Source: Myxococcota bacterium
GTDB lineage: Bacteria > Myxococcota_A > Polyangia > Polyangiales > Houyiibacteriaceae
Assembly (NCBI GenBank): GCA_039030515.1
Contig: JBCCEA010000002.1
Coordinates: 163,036 to 227,035 of the forward strand
DNA length: 64,000 nucleotides
Direction of reading: 5' to 3'
Below the pieces are notes generated by a model. It did not search any database. It was not told the DNA's origin and worked only from the letters and a program-made list of their open reading frames with translations. The position numbers were made by a program, and so were the translations under genes. This document shows positions 50,288 to 60,909 of this stretch, piece after piece (within the stretch, counting starts at the first letter, position 1; each line of letters opens with the position of its first letter).

Positions 50288-52102
50288 TTGCGTCTGAAAC
50301 AAGCGGTCGAATCTCTTGTCGTTGCGCTGCTGCAACAGCTCCCGGGTCCGATGCGCAACTCGGGTGGCATGCCGAGGCAGGACGCGACTCTATGGCAATT
50401 TGAATGCCGAGCCGGCAAGGAGGTGCTCTACGGAACTACGCGGGCCAGCGCCGCAAACAGTTCACTAGAGTGCGCCGGTGTTCGTACCAGCTTGACGCTC
50501 CATACCTGCCCGCGCGTCCAGCCGGCGAACACCTTGAGCATCCGTTGGAGTCTTCCGAGTGGCCGCCCAGCTCCGCCGGTTCAATTCGAAGTACCGGATC
50601 AATGGATGCCGGATCAATGGATGCCGGATCAATGGATGCCGGATCAATGGGGGCCAGGGCAGACGTGGACGAGTCCACCGGCAGACCTTGACTGGAATGC
50701 GCTACCCTTCACGGCTCGCCTCACGCGAGAAAGCCGTACTGTCAGAAACACGTCAGGTCGTGAAACCGCAAGCTTCACCTGCGACCTGCCCCGTGAATTT
50801 CTGGAGAGCTTGTTCACCGCGGCAACTCCCTACAGAGGCGGTGCACACTGGCTCGAAAACGCAACCCGGCCGAGTGCATCCAGGGTTCGATCATCGATCT
50901 CGCGCCCTTGGGAGCGATTGGCGTTCACGTCCATCCTCTTTTGTGCGGCAATGATGTGGCTCAGTTGCCGACGCAGGCAGCATGCATCCGAAAAACCTCT
51001 TCTGCCGCCCGCGCTGACCAAAAGACGACGAAAGAAGAGACGAGGGCCGCAAGCGGATATGGGTCCCGACGCTATGCGGGAGCGGATGGAGCGATGCGAT
51101 CGAGCGCTCAGCGAGGTAACGAAGCTACTGCTCCAGGCCAGTAGACCTCGAAAGCGCGCGCATCAAAGCGCGAAAAAACGATACCGGCGTTTGGCGGCGA
51201 TGTTGGGTGGGGATCGACCGGGCACCAACTGCGGTCTACCTGGGGCCGTACACCTCTCTGGGGACACCGCCCGGCACGCACTGGCACACTTTAGTCAGCT
51301 GGAGCCGCTGCGTTCGAATGAAGGCTGGTCCGATCCCGAGCTGGTCACGCTTCTCCGAGAATTAGGCCGCACGCCCGCGGGCAAGACCCTGATGCTGGAG
51401 CGGATCGCCATGCATATCGAGCGGTATTCTGCCAGGACTATCCTCAAACACGGCGCAGTAGCCCACCAGATTCCCCGTAGTTGGCGAGCACGAAACTGGA
51501 TGGAGGGTGAGTCAATGCGGGTAGACCGGCCAAATGATGAGGAGGAGACGCGACTCGATGATGCGCTTCAGACTCCGATTCAAGTCCTTATCCGGCAACT
51601 CAAAAAACTGCGTACAACAAACAGGGGCACACGCCCTAGGTGCTTCTATTTGATGTCCGGCAGTCGGACACACTCGGTGCTTTTTCTATTCTTTATTGCA
51701 TTCGGTAATTTCTTCTTCGCCGAATGCAATACGGGTTCCGGCTTAGAGCGAAGCAGTACGGTGAGCCTTATCGAAGATGAGAGATGCCGGATCCAACCTA
51801 ACGTCTATCAGGTCATTGGAGACCTAAAACCGCTCCTAACTTCCATCGTAAAAAGCAAGCTCAATCCGTTCTACGCCGACTTTGAGGGGGAAGACTACTG
51901 GCCAGGACATTTCTTACGCTCTTGTGAGCCCTCAGTAACGTGCGTAAATTCCTATTTTGCAAACCAAAGGGCGAGCGCGGAGATGAACAACCAAATCGGG
52001 GGAAGCTGCGCGATTCAGTCGATCGTGAGCGCGTTGCACATGCAGTGGGCGTTAGGCCGAGTGCCTCTTGAGCTACCTGAGTACGAGACCCCAAGCTTTT
52101 AG
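50288..52102 (+). CDS. Orphan TM protein with a C-terminal cysteine-protease-like domain
   Basis: Central TM segment and KRRRKKRR; TH...CNTGSG...QIGGSC. Paralog of 54103-56025; start uncertain. Confidence 0.6.
   Translation: MRLKQAVESLVVALLQQLPGPMRNSGGMPRQDATLWQFECRAGKEVLYGTTRASAANSSLECAGVRTSLTLHTCPRVQPANTLSIRWSLPSGRPAPPVQFEVPDQWMPDQWMPDQWMPDQWGPGQTWTSPPADLDWNALPFTARLTRESRTVRNTSGRETASFTCDLPREFLESLFTAATPYRGGAHWLENATRPSASRVRSSISRPWERLAFTSILFCAAMMWLSCRRRQHASEKPLLPPALTKRRRKKRRGPQADMGPDAMRERMERCDRALSEVTKLLLQASRPRKRAHQSAKKRYRRLAAMLGGDRPGTNCGLPGAVHLSGDTARHALAHFSQLEPLRSNEGWSDPELVTLLRELGRTPAGKTLMLERIAMHIERYSARTILKHGAVAHQIPRSWRARNWMEGESMRVDRPNDEEETRLDDALQTPIQVLIRQLKKLRTTNRGTRPRCFYLMSGSRTHSVLFLFFIAFGNFFFAECNTGSGLERSSTVSLIEDERCRIQPNVYQVIGDLKPLLTSIVKSKLNPFYADFEGEDYWPGHFLRSCEPSVTCVNSYFANQRASAEMNNQIGGSCAIQSIVSALHMQWALGRVPLELPEYETPSF
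50594..50650 (+). repeat. 15-bp coding VNTR (PDQWM, about 4 copies)
   Basis: CCGGATCAATGGATG units at 50594, 50609, 50624 and a partial unit at 50639. Confidence 0.95.
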
Positions 52103-52200
52103 CTTTGACCGAGCATGGTTTATGCGAAGTGCGATTCGTGCGCGGATGGTGGTCTCCACTGCGGCCCAAGACGGCAGTGCGTCTAGGACCTGAGCCGCAT

Positions 52201-53787
52201 CTACGATCGGCACGGTGCAGGGTTGGATCGAAGCTTACCCAGCGCGTCGAGCAACGCTCGGGTGGAGGTCGGCTTTTGAAAAAAGGTCACGCCGGGAAGC
52301 GCGCAGGCGGCATCGACCTCTGCGGTCATTCCGAAACCGCTGGTCAGCAAAATAGGAACCTTGGTGTTTACCTCGCGCATATGGCCGAGCGCAGTCAGGC
52401 CATCCATCACCGGCATGGTGACGTCCATCACTACGGCCAGAATATCGCAGGAATGCAAGGCAAACGTAGAGACCGCGTCACGACCATCGGTCGCGGTGAG
52501 TACTGAATACCCGTGGCGGTTCAAGACCCTTCGATGGGCGTCCATCAGAGTCTGCTCGTCATCGACCAGCAAGACATAGGTACCACTCTGCTGAGGCGGA
52601 GGAACCGAGGGTCGCGTAGCTGCTACACGCGGCGCGGCGCGAAAGCAGACGAAAAACGTGGTGCCTACACCCGGTCGACTTCGAATCCGCATGCCACCTT
52701 GATGCGTCTTCACCATCCCGAGCACGGTCGCCAAACCGAGGCCCCGTCCTTGCGCTTTGGTGGTGAATAGAGGATCGAAGACGCGATCGATATCCTCAGG
52801 AGATAAACCAACCCCGTCGTCGATCACCTCGAGGCAAATGCAGGTGCCTTTGTCCGTTCGCAGGTGACATCGATCCAGCAACTTGCCCGCAACCTCAGCA
52901 GATTCGACGTTCACCTTGACCGTGCCGGCGCGCTCACCGATCGCCTCGATCGCGTTGGTCACCAGCTGAACGATGAGCTGACGCAAGAGCCCGCCTCCGA
53001 GCTCGATTTCCGGCAGCGCGGGTGCAACGCGCAACTCTAGTGCGTTGTTCGAACCGGCGAGTTTCCGTAGGTTGGGCGCGAGCTCTGCCAGAACCGCACC
53101 GACATCGCTACATTCTCGGGCCAAGGGAGGTCGACCGGCCAAAGCGAGGAGCTGGTGGGTCATCGCAACCCCTTCCATCGCCGCCGCGCGCATGGCGAGC
53201 GCCGCCTTGTGGGACGTGCTGTCCGGGGGAAGCTCGTAAAGGGCGCAATCGGCGTTGGTCACGAGCACCCCGAGCATGTTGTTGAGCTCATGAGCCAAGC
53301 TTCCCGCCAGCGCAGCAAGCGTCTCAAGCCGCGCTTCTGCGTCCACCTGAGACTGCCGCGTAGATTCCCGGGCTTCTCGATAAAACGTCACCAGCCTCAG
53401 GTTCTGTCCCCCTTGATGCAGGGTGTTGAGACGCGCGGTCGTAAGCACAGCATGGCCCTCCGTGCGCAGCGTGACGCTGAGGTCTCGATCGTCTGCCGCC
53501 TGCAGCGCGTGCACGAAAGGCCGCATGCCCTCGGCACCGATGAGCGCCTCCAAGCCGGAACCCTCTAGCTCGGCTGCCGATCGGTCGATCAACCGCTCGA
53601 GGGCCGGATTGATATAGCGAAGCGAGCCGCGCTCCGGATCAACCACTGCGGTCGGCGTGGGCATTGCATCGAAGGCGGCGCGGTAAAACCCCGGGTCGCG
53701 CCGATCGAGCACCCCACTTTCCGCTCGGCGCAGGGTACGACTCGATCGCGTGCGTTTTCGCCTTCTCCGAAACCCAAGCTCAACCAT
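52201..53787 (-). CDS. PAS hybrid histidine kinase
   Basis: PAS-like N-terminus; AHELNNML, NAIEAI, GRGLGL and LLVDDE motifs. Confidence 0.9.
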   Translation of the reverse strand: MVELGFRRRRKRTRSSRTLRRAESGVLDRRDPGFYRAAFDAMPTPTAVVDPERGSLRYINPALERLIDRSAAELEGSGLEALIGAEGMRPFVHALQAADDRDLSVTLRTEGHAVLTTARLNTLHQGGQNLRLVTFYREARESTRQSQVDAEARLETLAALAGSLAHELNNMLGVLVTNADCALYELPPDSTSHKAALAMRAAAMEGVAMTHQLLALAGRPPLARECSDVGAVLAELAPNLRKLAGSNNALELRVAPALPEIELGGGLLRQLIVQLVTNAIEAIGERAGTVKVNVESAEVAGKLLDRCHLRTDKGTCICLEVIDDGVGLSPEDIDRVFDPLFTTKAQGRGLGLATVLGMVKTHQGGMRIRSRPGVGTTFFVCFRAAPRVAATRPSVPPPQQSGTYVLLVDDEQTLMDAHRRVLNRHGYSVLTATDGRDAVSTFALHSCDILAVVMDVTMPVMDGLTALGHMREVNTKVPILLTSGFGMTAEVDAACALPGVTFFQKPTSTRALLDALGKLRSNPAPCRS

Positions 53788-54102
53788 GGCTACATTTTTA
53801 CTGTCGAGGCGCCTAGCAAATTCATCGCGTCCGAAATAATGGCCCCCAAAAAACCTTGACCCGCGCCTATTAAAGACGGCCGCCAGAGGAAAAGCTGAAC
53901 ACATGCCTTGGGCGAGCGCTCTTTGAGAAATCTCAAACGATTACGCGCACAGTGTGCGCTTCAAGACGACCTAATCTCGGTATTTGTGCGACCTGAAACG
54001 ACAACTACCCAGCAGCGACGGTGGGTGTCCAAGGGGGCTTCACACGCCCAAAGCCCCTAAAATTCTCTGTACCTCGAGCCACGCGCACGTCATATACAGC
54101 CC

Positions 54103-56025
54103 TTGAGGATCGGTCCCACACCGCTTCGGAACGTTGTTGTTTGGCTGCTCGCGCGCATGCGGGATTCGAGTAGCAACGTTACCGCGTACTCGCTGGCCCG
54201 TCCTCGCTTCGTCCACGATAGGCAAGATCCACCTTGCTTATCTTGCCTCACGCCGAACGGCGAAGTTCACCATTGGCTGACGTCCTCTCCACCGAACGGG
54301 AACAAGAGGCCGTTCGGCAACGCTCCGCCGCCCGGTGGCTTTTCACCGCCTGGTAGCGCTCGCACAGAACGCTGGGCAGGCCCGTTTCGACGTCCAAGTG
54401 CTTCCGGAACGCCAGCGATATGTCCGGTTCCGCATAACGGCGCGACACACACCAAGAATCTGAGTTTCTGGCGGAAATACGTGCCGCATCACCCAACGCA
54501 GAGGCAACCCCGCGACAACATCACCATCGTTTTCAAACTACCTCACGAACCGAAGCCAGGGATCACGCATAAGAGTCAGTATCTAGACCTCTCGACAAAA
54601 GATCTCGATAGCGTTTTTAACTCCAGCACACCTGAGATGAAGCGTGATGCCCGAAGCACGAGGAAAAATAGCAGATCAAGCGCAGATTTATTCAATTTAA
54701 TCTATCATTCACTGTTGGGTGATGCGGGCAGTCCCTACTTCGGCGACTCGAGAGCAGCCTACACATTTGGGAATGCCAATTTTGACGAGATTGTGCACTT
54801 GCCTCACAGCGCTGTCACGGCACTCGCAAACCTGTCGATCGGAAACCAGTCATGCGTTCCTGGTCATGAACCGTTGCAAACTCCACTGGGCTTCTTCGCG
54901 AGCAAAGCGTCTCCGGTACGTGAAGAAACCTGGGGGGGTTCACCGCATTTCTGGCTGACGATCGCAGCCATACTCGCCGGCTATGTGATGTGCGTGAGAT
55001 GGTCGGAACGGGGTCGAGGGTCCGATCGGGAGGCGCATGCACCGATGCCCAACATTGGGGGAGATCCACGAGTGATCCAGCGAGCCGCAGACGCCAAATG
55101 GATACACGACAAGGCGGTAACTCTTCCGCGCAGGCCGAGTGCACGTGTTGAGAAATGCGAGCACCAATTGCGCGTGATCATCGCGGCGGGAATGCCTAGG
55201 GTCTCGCCAGAATCAGTCCGTACCGAAGATGAGCTAGTCGAACAGCTTTGCGAGTGGAGCAAAACTCTGAATGAAAAATCGCCCCAGGGCGATTGGCTGG
55301 GACTAAACAATATCGCCGAGCACATCCGGAGGGGGTCGGCCTACCGAATCCTAGAGCAGGAGACTGTAGCGGGATATGTGCCCGAACTTTGGACTCTCGT
55401 TCCCTTGGGAACATCGGGCACTCCTTCTGACGACGAGCGTCGTGACTTCGACAAAGCGCTTCTTGAAGAGACTCGTGAAATTGCGAAAGCGATTGAAGAT
55501 CTCGATGCACGCCCTCATGGCACATACGCATCAACAGGGCTGGGCATGCGGCAGTGCGTGCATTTGTTGGCGGGCAGCCGAACCGAGTTCGTCCCTTTTC
55601 TTTTTTTCAAGATCGAGGGGGCTATTTATTTCGCCGAGTGCGACTCGTATAAGGGACGGCTCACTCAAAAGTCTGCATGGTCGGCGCAGGACCGATATCA
55701 ATTGCGCCCAAGTTTCTATCGCGTCACGCGCGACCTCCACAGCGTACTCATCTCAATTGTACGTAGCGCGCTAAACCCTCGTTACCCGTCGAGCGCCGCA
55801 GCTCAATTGCGCGGCTCAGAGGGAAGGTATCCGGGGCACTTTTTAGAATCTTGCCAGGGCCTAGTGGAGCGCGTGGATTCGCAGTTCACGGCAGAGCGGA
55901 ACGCTGTCTCAAAGCCATTTCCGATGAGCGTCCCTGATCCTCTTCAAGCAGTTTTTCAGGCCCTGCGCGTGCAAGGGGCTTTGGGGCTTACTCCGCTCAC
56001 CCTACCTGGCTGGGATCTCGGCTAG
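54103..56025 (+). CDS. Orphan TM protein, paralog of 50288-52102 lacking the putative catalytic residues
   Basis: Shared GSRT..FLFF..FAEC, L.SIV.S.LNP, PGHFL.SC and ALG..PL.LP; start uncertain. Confidence 0.6.
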   Translation: MRIGPTPLRNVVVWLLARMRDSSSNVTAYSLARPRFVHDRQDPPCLSCLTPNGEVHHWLTSSPPNGNKRPFGNAPPPGGFSPPGSARTERWAGPFRRPSASGTPAICPVPHNGATHTKNLSFWRKYVPHHPTQRQPRDNITIVFKLPHEPKPGITHKSQYLDLSTKDLDSVFNSSTPEMKRDARSTRKNSRSSADLFNLIYHSLLGDAGSPYFGDSRAAYTFGNANFDEIVHLPHSAVTALANLSIGNQSCVPGHEPLQTPLGFFASKASPVREETWGGSPHFWLTIAAILAGYVMCVRWSERGRGSDREAHAPMPNIGGDPRVIQRAADAKWIHDKAVTLPRRPSARVEKCEHQLRVIIAAGMPRVSPESVRTEDELVEQLCEWSKTLNEKSPQGDWLGLNNIAEHIRRGSAYRILEQETVAGYVPELWTLVPLGTSGTPSDDERRDFDKALLEETREIAKAIEDLDARPHGTYASTGLGMRQCVHLLAGSRTEFVPFLFFKIEGAIYFAECDSYKGRLTQKSAWSAQDRYQLRPSFYRVTRDLHSVLISIVRSALNPRYPSSAAAQLRGSEGRYPGHFLESCQGLVERVDSQFTAERNAVSKPFPMSVPDPLQAVFQALRVQGALGLTPLTLPGWDLG

Positions 56026-57170
56026 CGGCACTCTGAATCGTCTGCGGGGCAGCGAAAGCGCACGTGCACGTGATCGCGATGCTTGGGGTAGTGGCGGATC
56101 AACCCGACCGGCTGGTCGACCGGGCGGGGGTACTGAAACCAGCGGTTCAGCTGGCGTCTTGACGCGCCACGCCGGCGCGCTTCCTCGTACAGCGGTTTTT
56201 GCAGGGCGTAATCCAAAAAAGCGGCTTCGACCCGATTACGGCGCAGCCAAGACAAGAGCAGCGTCCACTGAGGCCCCACGTCGAGTTCCGATGGGTGAAT
56301 CCGTCGAAAGAGGCAGCCGCTTTCGGCGCATCCGCGGCGGTGAAAGAGGCTGAGGTCCACATCCCTCCCGCTTTGGTGACTGCGGTGACCGAACATCGTG
56401 CCGCCCGCTGGATGGCTGATGTCGTGAACCCGCACTTTGGGAGCGCCGGGATGCTGCCGCTGCACGATTTGAAACCCCTCCTGAAGCGCGTCGATGGTCT
56501 CCTGAGTCCCATAACTTCGCTCCGGATTACGGATCACATAGGCGGGGTGCGGCAGCAGTTTCACCCCGTGCATGAGACTCCCCCCGTTCGGAGCGCCCAC
56601 CGACTGCGATGGAGGCGGCAGGGGCTCGGCGAGCAATACCAAGGTCTGCCCCGGTCGCAGTCGGTTTGGGTCCAGCCCGCGGTTCCACCGGAGGATTTCG
56701 GACACGTGCACCCCGTAGCGTTTGGCGATCCGGGTGAGACGATCCCCTTGCCGAACGCGGTATTCGGTGCGCGGCCCCTGACGAGGGAGCCGAATCGACT
56801 GCCCGATGCGGATTCGATTCGGATCAAGGCCCTCATTGGCCTGTAGAATCGCCTCCATGGAAACTTGAAGTCGCTCGGCAAGCTGACTCAGCGTATCGCC
56901 TGCCTGCACCCGGTAGCGATCCGCCTCTGCTTCAGGAGCCACGTAGAGCTCTTGCCCCACCTGAATCACGTCGCTATCGAGTCGATTCCAGTGTCGAATA
57001 TCGGAAACGCTCACCCCGAACCGCTCGGCAATAATGCTCAGTGCATCTCCACCACGCACCCTCCAAGTGCGTCGTTCCGCACGCGCCGGAGAGGGCTGCA
57101 TCGAGCCCATAAGAGCGAAAAGCCCGAGGCAGAGCGCTGCGAGTCGAGGTACACAAACGCGACCGTCCAT
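56022..57170 (-). CDS. LysM x3 plus penicillin-insensitive murein endopeptidase (MepA-like)
   Basis: Three LysM repeats; YGT, DIS..GG, HRSHQSGRDVD and HRDHVHVR motifs. Confidence 0.9.
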   Translation of the reverse strand: MDGRVCVPRLAALCLGLFALMGSMQPSPARAERRTWRVRGGDALSIIAERFGVSVSDIRHWNRLDSDVIQVGQELYVAPEAEADRYRVQAGDTLSQLAERLQVSMEAILQANEGLDPNRIRIGQSIRLPRQGPRTEYRVRQGDRLTRIAKRYGVHVSEILRWNRGLDPNRLRPGQTLVLLAEPLPPPSQSVGAPNGGSLMHGVKLLPHPAYVIRNPERSYGTQETIDALQEGFQIVQRQHPGAPKVRVHDISHPAGGTMFGHRSHQSGRDVDLSLFHRRGCAESGCLFRRIHPSELDVGPQWTLLLSWLRRNRVEAAFLDYALQKPLYEEARRRGASRRQLNRWFQYPRPVDQPVGLIRHYPKHRDHVHVRFRCPADDSECR

Positions 57171-57326
57171 CCTGTCTGCAATAACCTGGCGGTGTCTCGA
57201 TGGGAAATTTCCGGTCGACACACGTCCAACCAAGGGAGCGCGAACACAAAAAGCCGATTCAGCCCGAAGTCGAAAAACAACGGCAACGAGCCCATGCTCA
57301 GTCAGTCGAAGGTGGTGTGCGCTCGA

Positions 57327-57935
57327 TCAGTCGGTCTGATAGGCGACCTCCTGCAGCAGCGCGCGCAGGGAGGCATGGCCAGACTTCTTGAGGATGCGCC
57401 GGACTTGGGTCTTGAGGCTGCTTGGCTTTAGCCCAAGCTCTTCGGCGATTTGATCTCGGGAGACGTTGCGGGAGGCCAACCAAACAACCTCCGCTTGCTG
57501 ATGGGAGAGCCCGTATTTGTCCGAAAGACGATGCACCGCAGTCAGCAAAGGCTTGGCTTGAGGGCGTTTCGCGGTCTTCACCCAGCGAACAAACGCTTCC
57601 AAGCTTTCTTTATCGGCGGGTTTGGGCAGAAAAAAGCTATTTTGCCGCTGAGCTTCCACGATGGTTTCAAAGTCTCGACAGCCGGTCAGCACCAAGGCTT
57701 CCGCCCGGCATCCTGCAGCGCGAAGCTCTTTGAGAAACTCCACGCCGGATCCGTCGGGCAGTCGGACGTCGACCACCACCGCATCCCAACTCATGATCCG
57801 CGACTCGGCCGCCCGTGCATCTTCGAGCGTCCGGTAGAGCGCCGTATCTCCATATGTGGAGAAAAACCCCTTCAGCGCTCGCCCCGACAGGCGATGGTCC
57901 TCGACGATGAGGAATCTGAGGTCTTCGGAACTCAC
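57327..57935 (-). CDS. Response regulator with a LuxR-like HTH
   Basis: IVED, DVRLPDGSG and KP motifs; C-terminal IAEELGLKPSSLKTQV. Confidence 0.88.
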   Translation of the reverse strand: MSSEDLRFLIVEDHRLSGRALKGFFSTYGDTALYRTLEDARAAESRIMSWDAVVVDVRLPDGSGVEFLKELRAAGCRAEALVLTGCRDFETIVEAQRQNSFFLPKPADKESLEAFVRWVKTAKRPQAKPLLTAVHRLSDKYGLSHQQAEVVWLASRNVSRDQIAEELGLKPSSLKTQVRRILKKSGHASLRALLQEVAYQTD

Positions 57936-58263
57936 CAGTGCAGTATAGCCTCGAAGCGCGGTCGAGTAAGCGTACCTTTTTTGACAACCGGAAGAAGGTG
58001 GCCTGAGCCTTTACGCTATGTGGACCCACCCTGTGTTTCGACCCTCGCTATGGATCGCCCTTGGAACTCTAGCCGCCATCGTCTTTCGGTAATCCGCCGT
58101 TCGATAAGCGACTTCGAAGAAGAAGCCTTCAATGCGTGCTGCCCGTATCACCCGATAGTGACGTCTGGGTAAGCGGCAAACGCGCAACATCTTCGGAGTT
58201 CGGATGCTTTGCATTCAGGCGACCTGGCTTTTATGGAGCCCGGATGACTGATATGGAGCTCAG

Positions 58264-59277
58264 ATGACGGGGACTCCGCCCCAGAACCCAAAACCCGAAA
58301 CGTTCCTGAAGCTTGGTTTGCGATGTGTCTGTGGGGGAGTGCTGATGGGCCTTGCAAATCTGGTTCCCGGCATTAGCGGCGGCACGATGCTTCTCGCCTC
58401 TGGCGTGTATCCCCGATTTATTCAGGCCATTGCGGAGGTCAGCACGTTTCGCCTTCGCCGTGCTTCGCTCTTCGTCCTTCTCGTCGTCGTAGCCGCAGCG
58501 GTTCTGGCCATCGCATCTTGTTCGGGAGCGGTGCGAGACCTCGTGGTCCATCACCGATGGGCTATGTACAGCCTTTTTATAGGTCTCACGCTCGGAGGCG
58601 TGCCGATGGTGTGGCGGCTCGCCCAGCCCGTTAGCAGAGCCACCCTATGGGGGGCAGGATTGGGCTTCGTCTCGATGGCGCTTTTGGCCTATGTCCAGAT
58701 GCGGGGCGCCGGTGCAAGCTCTCTGCCCGAGAGCACGCCGCTGTTTTTGCTCGCGGGCGTCGCTGGGGCTGGCGCGATGATCCTGCCGGGGCTGAGTGGA
58801 GGCTACCTGCTCCTCGTTTTAGGAGTCTACGTGCCGATTCTGGATGCGATCGATCGCTTCAAGGGAGCTCTTCAAGAGGGAAACCTGGGCGCGGCGACGG
58901 AGCCTGGTCTCTCGGTCCTGCTTCCGGTCGGCCTCGGAGTGGTGATCGGCGTGCTCGCCGTGAGCAACCTCCTCAAATGGCTTCTCAGCCACGCAGAGCG
59001 CGCAACGCTCGGTGTGCTGCTCGGTCTGCTGGTCGGCGCAGGCGCGGGGCTGTTTCCTTTTCAGCAGGGCGTTCGCCCAAAGGTGGGCGAGCTCTATCGA
59101 GGACGCGTGCTTACCGCCGAGACCCTGGAGACCCTTGAGCCCCACAAGTACCCGACCGAGTTGTTCTCGCCGAGCGGTGCACAGGCGGCAGGAGCCCTTG
59201 CGCTCATATGCCTTGGGTTCGCGGTCACCGCGTTGGTGGCGCGGGCAAGTGCCGCTCAGGGGGAACGCCTCCAGTAG
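58264..59277 (+). CDS. DUF368 membrane protein
   Basis: MGLANLVPGISGGT and AMILPGLSG motifs. Confidence 0.9.
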   Translation: MTGTPPQNPKPETFLKLGLRCVCGGVLMGLANLVPGISGGTMLLASGVYPRFIQAIAEVSTFRLRRASLFVLLVVVAAAVLAIASCSGAVRDLVVHHRWAMYSLFIGLTLGGVPMVWRLAQPVSRATLWGAGLGFVSMALLAYVQMRGAGASSLPESTPLFLLAGVAGAGAMILPGLSGGYLLLVLGVYVPILDAIDRFKGALQEGNLGAATEPGLSVLLPVGLGVVIGVLAVSNLLKWLLSHAERATLGVLLGLLVGAGAGLFPFQQGVRPKVGELYRGRVLTAETLETLEPHKYPTELFSPSGAQAAGALALICLGFAVTALVARASAAQGERLQ

Positions 59278-59342
59278 ACGACAGACCTTGCTCACGGGGC
59301 CGCGTGATGACTAAAGTGGCGCCAAAGATCCAGGAGGCTCTT

Positions 59343-59822
59343 GTGTCGAAGAATCACGCTCTCATGTCAAAACACGTGCCGACGGTAGCCCAGGTCCTCA
59401 TCGGGCTGGTGATGACCGTTTTCGGCTTGAATGGATTTCTGAATTTTCTGCCGCAGCCACCGGCGTCGCCAGCAGGAGGCGCATTTCTCGGTGCGCTCGC
59501 CGCAACCGGCTACATGTTTCCGATGGTCAAGGTCGTCGAAATTCTCGCTGGAGTCGCCCTGCTCACCTCGCGTTTTGTTCCTTTAGCGCTGGTTTTGCTG
59601 GCCCCGATCACCGTGAATATCTTCACCTTCCACGTCATTCTTTCGCCAGAAGGCGCAGAGGTCGCAGTAGCGCTCCTCGTCGGGCATCTCTACCTCGCCT
59701 ACGCCTACCGGCAGGCCTACGCGCCGCTCTTTGAGCCACGTCCCGTCGCGCAAGACGCATCGAAGCAGACGCCAAACCAAGCCGACGAGTCAGAACTCAA
59801 CCCCGCAGCGCCAACCTCTTAG
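59343..59822 (+). CDS. DoxX-family membrane protein
   Basis: FGLNGFLNF and LAPITVNIFTFH motifs; AGGAGG SD before GTG 59343. Confidence 0.85.
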   Translation: MSKNHALMSKHVPTVAQVLIGLVMTVFGLNGFLNFLPQPPASPAGGAFLGALAATGYMFPMVKVVEILAGVALLTSRFVPLALVLLAPITVNIFTFHVILSPEGAEVAVALLVGHLYLAYAYRQAYAPLFEPRPVAQDASKQTPNQADESELNPAAPTS

Positions 59823-59864
59823 CGAGCCTTCCTTTCGGGATGCACCCCCGTAGTCTCGGGGTGT

Positions 59865-60647
59865 TCAATATACCTGCGGAGGCATGGATGGGAACGGCGC
59901 CCACCATGATGGATGTCGGGGACGTGGGTATTTCAATCGACATGGCAGAACAACTCTGTCGTGTTCTATGGTAGTCGGCAGCATTGGTTCGCACGGAAAA
60001 GTACTGAAGAAAGCAGAAGGGTACTCGGTTCGGAGTACCAGTTCTTCTAGCGGCTGCAGTTCTCGAGACGAATCGCCTCGAGGGCCACTGAAACCAGGGC
60101 GGTTTTGATCCTGAATCCATCTCCGTAGGGTTTCTTGATTCAACCATTGATGAGCACGTAAATAAAGCTGACTGTGAATGTAAGAAAAGCAATCTGATCC
60201 GGGAGCACAGCCTTGTGTTTGCTGAATTGCTACCCGCTCCTGCCGCAGTAAATCAATGAGTTCTAATTTGGCCGCGATGTGCATGCCCTCGGCAAAATTT
60301 ATGCTGTAGAAAGGAAAAGGAAAAAGCCAAGGGCAGTATCTGTGTTTTATGAGTATTGCGATCATCTTAACTACTTGGCGCGGAGTGCAGTGGCGGTCAT
60401 AACGCCAAAAGAGATACGCGTAGACTTCCAATATGTGCCAAATGCTTACGTGTATGTGCCAAGCGTTTACGTGCCCTCGCATGAACACGTCTACATTGCT
60501 TAAGATAGGTCCATAAACTGCACAGACTGCGTGTGCGGAATAGACCGTCTGAGGGAGCTCCGGTCGGCGCTTGTAGAGAGAATCTATGTCTGCGTACGTT
60601 GGTAACTCGTATTCGCGTGTCAGCGGTTGGTATTCGTCAGGCCACAT
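59865..60647 (-). CDS. Orphan hypothetical protein (AT-richer)
   Basis: 260 aa ORF with ATG start; weak similarity to 60910-61728. Confidence 0.5.
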   Translation of the reverse strand: MWPDEYQPLTREYELPTYADIDSLYKRRPELPQTVYSAHAVCAVYGPILSNVDVFMRGHVNAWHIHVSIWHILEVYAYLFWRYDRHCTPRQVVKMIAILIKHRYCPWLFPFPFYSINFAEGMHIAAKLELIDLLRQERVAIQQTQGCAPGSDCFSYIHSQLYLRAHQWLNQETLRRWIQDQNRPGFSGPRGDSSRELQPLEELVLRTEYPSAFFSTFPCEPMLPTTIEHDRVVLPCRLKYPRPRHPSWWAPFPSMPPQVY

Positions 60648-60909
60648 TTTAGAGCATCACCCGTTCGACGAATCTACCAACCAGCTAGGACAGCTGAATG
60701 CTTGCGCGGTGGACATGGAGCGATAAGGCGCACCCTCATCAAGACTCGCCATCCGAGCTGAACGAGAAGTCGCCGAGTGACGACCTTGGTGAGCGAAGGG
60801 CATCTGCCAAATCAACACCTTTCAGAGAGTCTGTAGAAGACCCGCGAGAAGACGATAATCTCGACCTAGAGAGCGCGGAAGGACTTCTTGGAGATTCTCC
60901 CGGCAGGCG

